A DNA stretch of 62,574 nt, the filler included, from Platydemus manokwari (Eukaryota): the NCBI GenBank assembly GCA_037951405.1. It is 6 parts of 6 records of this genome, joined end to end, with 100 filler letters (N's around TTAATTAATTAA, not from the genome) between each part and the next. Parts side by side here need not be neighbours in the genome. Positions count along the whole stretch, not along the records: positions 52,796 to 62,574 come from JBBMOY011205321.1; 5 more parts are not named here. One strand, 5' to 3'. Shown here piece after piece: positions 53,769 to 62,574 of this stretch. Below the pieces are notes generated by a model, which was given only the letters and a program-made list of their open reading frames with translations, was not told where the DNA came from and ran no database searches. The translations under genes were made by a program, and so were the position numbers. Position 1 is the stretch's first letter. Every line of letters starts with the position of its first letter.

Positions 53769-55269
53769 TGATTAGAGATAAATAAATTGAATTGACCTTA
53801 AGACGGGTTAAAAGGAGATGAGATCTACGTAATTCTTGACATCTGTGACTCGAATTTTATATTTTGTATTACTCAATTAATCTCATTATCTTCATCAAAT
53901 CCCTCCTATTCAACAACAAATGCAATTCAAATCCTTGTCAAATACAAACTCATATAAATACGCAGTCTTGCTAACTTGACGATTCTAATCCTTACCGTGA
54001 TTTTTAATAGTGAAAGCTATGATCGATAGGTTTGTTAATATTTGATGAAAGTTTTAAGCCAATAATTTTTTCGATTGTTTCTTTTATTGATCATTAATTT
54101 TCATTCATAAAAAATCGATAAATATTTTCATAATTAAAAAAATAAGAACAAATGCAGGATATTATTTTTAAAAAAAAAACGCATAAATCGCAGAATAATT
54201 GAAACGCAAGCAGAGAAGAATATTATTAATAAAACTGGAAATTGAAGGAGAAAAAATAATGAATCATAACACCAACATAGACCAATAGGAGAAAAAATAA
54301 TAGTCAACTCAATATTCACACGCAAGCGCACATGATTTTTGTTATATGTTGAATGGGAAGATGTCGAACCCATAAGTACAACTCGTTTCCCGTAATGAGA
54401 GAGTCTTATTGAAAAGATAATAACCCATTAGTATTCGAATGAAAAAATATTCGCTTATACAATAAACTGAGTTTATCTGTTGCCACAAAATTTAGTCCGG
54501 ATTAATTTTCTTCAGTAAATGAGGTCAAAGAATACCATTTTCAAAATGATCGAAATAAACATTATTGACAGTTTTGAAAGATTGATATCATTTCAGCATA
54601 ACTTTGTCTCAAAACGATCGAATAACTATCGAATATTGTCAGTGAGAGATAACTGAGTCAATTTGATAATTAAAATTTGAATGCGATAATTAGTTGTGAT
54701 GGGTTTCCGATATATAAAAGAATATTTGGAGATAATAATATAAACATTGTTGTAGCTAACCTTGTGAACCTAGAAATCCAAAATGAAGATAAAGATAAAA
54801 CAACAAATATACTAATAAAATATATTAAAATATGGGTTGAATGATTCTGTATACCATTATCTCGTGTATGTCAACTAATGGCCCAAGAATCAGGTATTAT
54901 GATATATAACACGGAAATGAGCGAATTTCAATTGCCTATATTATTTTAAAGTAAAGGTTCAATACTATTAAAATGGATTTATCTTAGAGAACAAAAAAGA
55001 AAATACTTACTTGACAACTCAATAATAAAAAACGATTACGTAAATTGGATTCACATAACGTTTCCCTGGTTTCAGTTTCGTAAATGGTAGCGAGAAAATG
55101 TGATTTCACCTTCTAGTGAGATAATGCAGAATTAATTTGCTAGTTTCGACTTGATTTCTCCTCAAATTGATTGTTGTAATAGACTTTCCAGATAATGAGA
55201 TAACAAAACTGTTTGTGGTATCAATAATTATGCCTTTGCTGCTATTTCAATTCACCTTATATATTTATG

Positions 55270-56400
55270 TATAGGGGCTGGCAAAAAAATTCGTTTTTCT
55301 ACGCCGATGAAATCTTATCAAAATATAAAAAATACAATTTAAAACAATTATATGTGAAAACCATAACAGAGCCAAAACATAGTCTTCATACTCTCCATCT
55401 GGAGGTGATGTATAAAATTTTGAAACTCGCTTTTGAGCTTTGCCTCCTACGTTGACTCCAAATATTGACGAAAATCGTTGCTCACCTCTCCTGACTTACT
55501 AAAGTTTTTTCCACGTAATTCCTGAAGATAAAGCAATCCATGAGGTTTGTATCGGATGAGTAGGCCTGCTGCTTTAATAGAGACACACGATAGAGTCGAA
55601 TAACTAAGCTGCGTGAAGTCTGGCATTGTCATACTGAATGATCATTTCCCAAGCAGGTAGTCTTGTTTGAAAGTAAAAAATGATATTCTGGAGGAATTGT
55701 AGGTATTTCTCACGGTTGATGGATCCACCGTTGTGAAGAATTTTGAAATACCTGATTGATTTTGCATTGTTGCTGGCAAAAATGAACAGAACTTTACGAT
55801 CAGATATTTTCTGCATAGCAATAGTTGAATTCACCTGTGCCATCCACCCAAACACGGTTGCATTCTTTTGAAGGTATGTCTCGAAGGTAAATCCATTTTT
55901 CTTCGATCATAATGATTTTTCTCTTAACCCTTCTTGCTGAAAAAACATTCATTATTTCTTCTTATTATCCGTCAGAATGTGAGAAATCTATCTACTGAAA
56001 AGTCATTTCTTTCCAAGTTCTTGTTTCAATATGTGGCGAACAGTCGTTTCTTTAATGTCAGTGATTCTTGAAATGGCTGGACAGATTAAGTGGTAGTTTC
56101 CTTCAATCATTTTACCCACAATAATGACATTGTCTTCTGCAGTGTTTCTTTCTTGGTCTCTCTGAACCTTCTTTTCGATGAAAAAGTGTTCACTGTTCTC
56201 CTTCAAACTGTTTGGTAATCTGCTGTACTCTTCGAAGACTGACGACGTTCTCTGCTCCCCAACTTTCGTCAAGAAAGCAATGAATTTTGGTAGCGGAAAA
56301 GTTGTTTCGTGTTAAAGTTGAAATGAAGAAATTTATTTCGCGTTGATTTGCCTTTATCTTTCAGGCTAAATCATATAACCAACTCTAATCGATTTATTTA
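55270..56400 (-). mobile_element. Decayed Tc1/mariner transposase
   Basis: HTH-like ISRITDIKETTVRHILKQELGKK, IIMIEEKWIY (degenerate DEKW), INREKYLQFL, IIQYDNARLH, AYSSDTNLMD. Frameshifted. TA + GGGGCTGGCAAAAA at ~55272 may be a TIR, with a weak partner near 56870. Confidence 0.82.
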
Positions 56401-56594
56401 AATTGAAATCTTGAACTTTCCAGTCTTGTTAATGATCTGCCTTAGAAGATTTTAACTTTTATTTTCAGATATTTTCTTATTGATAAAAATGAAAATTTCT
56501 GAGATAAACGAACCCGAATTAATCAAATATTTTATTATACAATCTCGACATGCTATGTGCGTACATAAAATTTTAGATTAGGAGTTTACTGTAT

Positions 56595-57917
56595 GTCATA
56601 ATAAAACACTCAGAATGAATGATTATCATAGAATGATTATCCAATAATTATTAGAGATGAAATTAAACAACGATGTCATGGCTGTATAAATCAGAGGAAT
56701 AACACAATTATTGTGTTGAATCTTTATATTCAAAACCAAGAAATGAAGCAAACCTGAATGTGATAAAGATCTATCAATTCACACATAGAAGAAATCTTCA
56801 TTTTCTTCAGTTTCAAGGAAAAAACATCTTTTTAAAAAATCTGAATTGAAATTCGTTTTTGTCAACCCGTTGACCTCATAAACTTTTATTTATTCTTGGT
56901 CAGAATTAAGGAAAAAAGTTGTTGTAAAACCTTTCTATCAAGCTACAAAGAATGATTAGAATACAAACTTATCGCTTAATAATAACCAGTAGAATGGATC
57001 TTTGATGGGAAATTTTTGGTTTTAAATATTTATTAATAAAACAGAATTGAAGGATTTTGCCTATCGGCTTGAAACGTCACGTCTAGGCTGTAGATTTTAA
57101 TCTTCGGATACAACCAGGGGCACTAATATAATCGTCATTGATTTCTCAGAGTCATAGGAGTTTCGCAGCAATACATTTTCCTTCAATCGTTGATCTGGTC
57201 TTCAGAAGAAGTTAAAATTCATTTGATAACCCGAGTCACAAAGCTGCCTCAAACTAATAATACAAAACAATTTATAAAATAAAATTCCTGTACAGATCCA
57301 GACCTCGAGTATAAAATGTTGAAAGAGAAAAGACAAGAAAGAAGTATAATTAGCACTGGGACAAAGCTCTTACCATAAAAAGTCAGCCTGAACACAGGTT
57401 TGATCATAAGGTTAACTCAAAGCGGATAAATACTTTATAAACACATATTAGGGTAAAGGCTATACTGGCCACATCCTTTATACTTTAAAAAAGAGGGAAT
57501 ACGATTTCAACATATAGGTCATTGTAAAACATACTTGCTTTACTAAAATAATAAAAATAAGAATAAACGATAAAAATACAATGTTATAAATTATATACAT
57601 CATGGTATTTAACCATATATCAATATAGTCCAATATTTCCGATACTTCTTCACCGTAATAAAATCAATACATACACACAAATTTGAATGGAGAAAAGCTA
57701 GTGAGGTCGCAATGCATGTCACCAGTGCGTAATGTTAATTATTTGATCCAGAAAAGAGAAAACACTAAAAGAGAAAACAGATAAACACCAAAATGATTAA
57801 AATTCAAGAAAATAGTCATAATAAAATACTAAAAAACTACTGAATGATTAGTCAATAAACATCAGACATGAAATTAAACAGCGATGCCATGGCTCTTTAA
57901 ATCAGAGGAATCACACA
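56595..57917 (+). repeat. Dispersed ~110-nt direct repeat pair (56595-56706 and ~57814-57917)
   Basis: atgaaattaaacaacgatgtcatggctgtataaatcagaggaataacaca versus atgaaattaaacagcgatgccatggctctttaaatcagaggaatcacaca, both preceded by gtcataataaaa...gaatgatta. Confidence 0.7.
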
Positions 57918-58738
57918 TGAATACATGATGCATTTACTGGCTAAGTGCTAGTTGTTTTTAAGGTCTGATGGACCAGGTAGAATAGTTAGTCCCGTAATAT
58001 GAGAGAGATAGATGTGAAAATATTCCTATAATTTCCATGGAGTTATTTCCCTCGTTATAATAAATCACTATTTTAGCATTATTTATTGGACTCATCTTTC
58101 AACTGACTTAATCGTTGATATTTTAATAAGTAGACCGTTGATTTATAAGTAGTATAGAAATTTTTAATAAAAATTAATAACATTTCAGCTTGACTTGAAT
58201 ATACCGAAGAACAAGTGTGTTAGTTCATAAATTTTTATTGAATTAGAATGACAGTATTGATTATAAATACATGTCATGATTGCATATAAATGGATAAATT
58301 ATTTACCATTGTGAAGCTACTTACAAGTTTATAAGTAGTTTAACATTATTTTAAAAAATTTAATGAATTGTACGACAATGCGAAAATTTAAAAACGGCTA
58401 ATGATATCATAGAGAACCCAATTCCGATCGAAATAAAGATGGAAGATATCGAAAACAGTCCATAAAATTTCTATTTGAATATACATTGAAAATCTTTCAT
58501 GGTAATGAGTAAGAAAATCAAATCCAATAGAACAGAAAAACAAAGTCCAAATAAAGCGTAAAATCAAATAAAATCATTGTTTTATCGCATCAATTGTAAT
58601 ACAAGAACAAAAACATTTATTTTTCATCGGTTGTATCGAAAATAATAAAGGATAAAATATACAAAAATTGGAATAAAAATGTGGAAACACAGCCTTGATA
58701 AAGTAAAGTCGAGCTAAAAATTGTTGTGCAATCCAGTA

Positions 58739-59373
58739 TTATTGCCTAACAATGACCCCAGTTGTGATCAATGCTAGACATGCCAATAATATCCAATGGA
58801 AACCCGTTTTTCGGCCGGAAAGCTGATAATAAAAAATGAAAGAAAATTATTAAAAACCAAAAAAAATTCCATAATATTACTGTGACATAATAATTACAAA
58901 GCTCTCCTTCACAACATTCAGCACATTTCCAATCCATATAATATTCTCGATAGCATGTCGAAGCATATCGGTCTTTGACTTTCATACATTCATTTTTGGA
59001 TACGCACGATTTTTTAACAAAATGACGTCTTTCCATGATGTTTAACCAGTACGGTGGTGCTTAATTAATGGTAGTATTTTTTTATACACTCTCATTTACT
59101 CAATTACTTTCATAAGTGATCTCAGACAAACAAAAATCTTCGTGTTCTAAACATTGCATTGATGTTTTTATGCATTTATCATTGTTTCCTTCTTGAGTAT
59201 TACAAACATAACACTCCATCAATGCAACTATATAAATAAAAAATGACATTAGAAAAATTTTAAATGTAAAGACTTAAAAAATTGTAAATAGGAATTGTAA
59301 TTTCATTCCACTAACCTTCGGAAATATTGTGAATAATGATAATCAATAGCACAAGTATAATATACGATTTCAT
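58739..59373 (-). CDS. Ly6/uPAR three-finger protein, Drosophila coiled-like, probably GPI-anchored (146 aa); exons 59373-59316, 59227-59108, 59059-58881, 58822-58739
   Basis: Signal peptide; ECYVCNTQEGNNDKCIKTSMQC...C.SEI...PPYW......HFVKKSCVSKNEC......C...Y.DWKCAECCEGELCNYYV; hydrophobic C-terminus. The pattern matches recalled coiled (ECYVCSNQTGNTEKCLNTIKTC...DWACNECCKGDRCNYFV). Confidence 0.92.
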
Positions 59374-61006
59374 TTCCCTGATTTTAAAAAATAGTTCATT
59401 TAGTAAATATATTTAAACACAAATATTAATTCGATTAAAGTGTTTAAGATCACAAAATGCTTAAAATATAATTTTAAAAATTAAATTTTGTATATTGATT
59501 TAAAAATTTTTCTAACTATAAATAACAGTTATCAGAATAAAAATTTCAAAGACTTCAGAAATCTTAATAAATGGAAATGTCTAGTTCGTGTAATGTAACT
59601 ATTATTAATCAATCTTTTAAAATGGTTTCAAGAAAATTCAAATTAAATCTTACTGGTAACTTATAGGTTTTCATATTAAGTACATTAAGTAAACATTCCT
59701 TCTTCAATTACCATTTGCAATCTGTCATCTTGATCTAATTAGAGTTTCTACTTTGAATTTGACGATTGTAACATTCGTATTGATCTTACCACATTGCTTG
59801 AAATTAAATAATTTTCATAAAAGCCTGTACTTATTTTCATTATAATCTTCAGTCTTGTTACTAAGTCACAAGTGGTTAACGAAACATACATTAATTTTAC
59901 TCTCATCTAATTGTTGATTATAACATTATGTTGATGTCATATTGATAATCTGGATAATTTAACATTAATCCTCGAAAAATATTTCTATCTGGTTTTCATT
60001 GGTTTTTAATTTTTTTATTTGATTGGCGAGTTGTTCATATTTCTTATTGCGGAAGTATTGCTTTGGATGTGAGGCTGCATTCATTTCAAAAAAGATGTTT
60101 GCTTTTGATCTATTAGCAAAAGACTCATTTTATTAAATGAAAAATATTTTGTTGTTATTATTTAAATATAGATGTGGGTGGTTGATTATAATCTCTGATC
60201 CCCATCCCAACGTGGTGAATCTTATCATTTAGTTATTGTTATTTGTTCACTATTAGTTTAGTACATTCCCGAGTTTAAATCAGATCATTTACCAATTTCA
60301 TCTGATGCTTTCGGAGGGTCTATAATTTCTTTTATTCTAATTTCAAAGTTTGAATTTTAAGTCGCTTTACAATATCTGACTCTAATTAGTTTTATGAGTC
60401 CTTGTGACCCACAAGTAATCACTAAACTTAATATTTTGATATTCCTTCGCCTCGATCAACTCCTATCCACGTATGGAGAGGGGATGAGCGGCTCTAGATA
60501 TTTCTATAATTATTTTGTATTATTTTTAACCTTTAACTGCCTCAACTATATCTTGTCAAAAAGGTGATGAGGTGACTTTGACGATGATAATTTTTACAGA
60601 AATGATTGTGGAACTTAGTGGCACTTGCCGATTTAATATTAAAACTAAATTTCTTGATAAATACGTTTATTAATATAAATTACTACTTGTATGTGTATTA
60701 AATTAATTTGGTTGGTCGGGTGATTTAATATTATCTCTGGTCCTAAGGGGCTTCAATAACGGGTATGATGACCACGCTATTGGAAAATAAATATTAGTGT
60801 TATCTAAAGGTCTAAAAATCCCTTGTCGATGACACCGTGGTAGGCCTGCAAAAATTAAATGATTATTCTTCCGACTCAGATCAAGAGCAAATAGATTATT
60901 ATTGTTATTACTGAATGACGCAATCTCTATATTAACCGCTGATATTAATTTATTAATAATTGACAAAATTTACTAACAATTGAAAAGGAACACTTGATTA
61001 ATAAAA

Positions 61007-61894
61007 TGTATTAGTTAGGAACAAAAAGGAACAATAACGCAGAAAGTATAACAACAAAGCTTTAGTTAAATGGCCGGCACGTTGCCTCAGCAAGTAGCCA
61101 GCAATAAATCCAAAAGTGGACGAAGGAAAGATACACGACGGGATGGAGAGAATCGACAATGATATATATGATATAAATTATCAGTTAAATAGTCATAAAA
61201 TTTACGGCAAATGTTAATTATTTAAAATGATAAATGAGAAAAACTAATCAAATAACTCTTACTCCTTACGATTGACAACAATTCCTTTTCAATAATGATG
61301 CGGGTAATTTCTTATATAACTCCTGATTTGATGCACGATAATTTAACTCCTGATTTGATGCGCGATAATTTAACTCCCGATTTGATGCACGATAATTTAA
61401 CTCCTGAGTTGATGCACGATAATTACTAGTCTCTCCAGTGATAACTCCCGAGAATTGTGATGATTCTGTGGTTTCCTTCGATTAAAAGTTCGCTTGAATA
61501 ACTAGCTGTTTTTTGTGTTATTGTGTTGTGTGTTGTTCGTGCTGAACTCAGTATTTATATCTACTGAGCCAGACGCTTATTTCTATTTTTAATAACATAT
61601 TTTTGTTACCGACGATAATTCACATTCCGTCTACATTTTTGCGATTTTTAAATTTCTTTAATTTGCATTTTTTATATTATATAATTCTATTATTATTATT
61701 ATTATTTGTTCCTTTATTATTTGTTTTATATTCATATATAATTATTCTTAAACCTATTCTATTATTAATATTATTAATTCCTATTACTTATTTTTATTTT
61801 TATTGCTATTATTTTATAATTAAATACTCCCTTTATTCATTGTCGACACTCTCCGCTACTCACGTCCTCCCTTCATTCCTTTACATCTTGCACA
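61007..61894. mobile_element. Cluster of LTR-like fragments in both orientations
   Basis: TG...CA-bounded segments with purine-rich U3-like tracts and TATA-like boxes. ggagagaatcgacaatga (+, ~61145) resembles ggagagtgtcgacaatga (-, ~61845). No TSDs confirmed. Confidence 0.35.
61317..61424 (+). repeat. 27-bp minisatellite x4
   Basis: Unit TAACTCCTGATTTGATGCACGATAATT, with one substitution in each of copies 2-4. Confidence 0.95.
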
Positions 61895-61906
61895 AATGAT
61901 AACACA

Positions 61907-62022
61907 ATATAATAAATTATTGAATAACAAAATTGATTGTCACAAGATTAAAAGCATAACAAATATAATGAATTATTGAATAACAACAAAATTGATTGTC
62001 ACAAGATAAAAATCATAACAAA
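61907..62022 (+). repeat. ~58-bp tandem duplication
   Basis: aattattgaataacaaaattgattgtcacaagat...cataacaaa occurs twice. Confidence 0.85.
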
Positions 62023-62574
62023 ATTGAAATAGGTTAATTAACAAGTCAATTGAAGATTGGGATATTGGGATAGCACTGATTTGCTTTTGGATTGAAATAA
62101 CGGGTTCTGAACATTTGGATATCTTCATCCATAGTTAAAGGTTTACTTGGGTTTACTTATTGAGTGCATGCATTTTTTTTATATAGTGTGCGTGCTGTAT
62201 AATGTGTGCGCTATATAAGGGTATTTGAATGGGTTGCTTATAGTTGTTTTTAGTAAACTCATCAGTCCTAAAGATAGTTTAGGTCAATTTAGCAACTCAA
62301 GTAGCTAAAAAATATTAGGCTGTTGCTAAATTTAGAGATGACGTCTAGAGAGCTCCTAAATTTAGAAACAAAAGAGGACAAAAATCAACACACTAATATG
62401 ACGCATACGACCTACAAAATCAGTATATAAGAGCATGCAAATTCAGTTTGATTGCATTTTATAATACTGAGTAACGCCACTACTGTTACATTGAAAAAAA
62501 AAATTGAAGGAACTAGCAAGAAACTAGCAATTTTTTAACATTAGCCGAGTTTTCAAACAAATCGTTTGATTATG

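Noticed and set aside
61317-61424. CRISPR-like array
   Set aside because: Units are contiguous with no unique spacers, there are no cas genes, and the context is eukaryotic.
62230-62272. Minimal Penelope-type hammerhead on the minus strand (ctgatgagtttactaaaaac)
   Set aside because: The essential GAAA is absent and stem III does not pair.

Overview
AT-rich animal genomic DNA, not prokaryotic: genes carry GT-AG spliceosomal introns, many only 39-60 nt. It is most likely a flatworm such as a triclad planarian, inferred from composition, intron size and transposon content. Five artificial 100-nt linkers (N44-TTAATTAATTAA-N44) split it into six segments of about 9-13 kb, so adjacency across gaps is unreliable. 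Gene models built by hand: a partial EI24-like gene; a complete but very divergent beta-tubulin (430 aa, no acidic C-terminal tail, GGGTGSG signature changed to GGGCGGG); an EPLIN/LIMD2-type LIM protein possibly joined to a Gab/DOS-like PH N-terminal exon; a 606-aa EGF+TSP1 type-I membrane protein; an ankyrin-repeat protein; a ~594-aa orphan; three exons of a PDE2-like phosphodiesterase with a two-exon orphan gene apparently nested in its intron; and a coiled-like Ly6/three-finger protein. Intergenic and intronic space holds decayed RLE-type non-LTR retrotransposons, several Tc1/mariner relics, two Buster/Charlie hAT derivatives with TSDs, a foldback element, LTR-like fragments and microsatellites. 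The best candidate for novel biology is the tail-less beta-tubulin with remodelled GTP-binding loops. All family calls are by motif recognition from memory; no searches were run.
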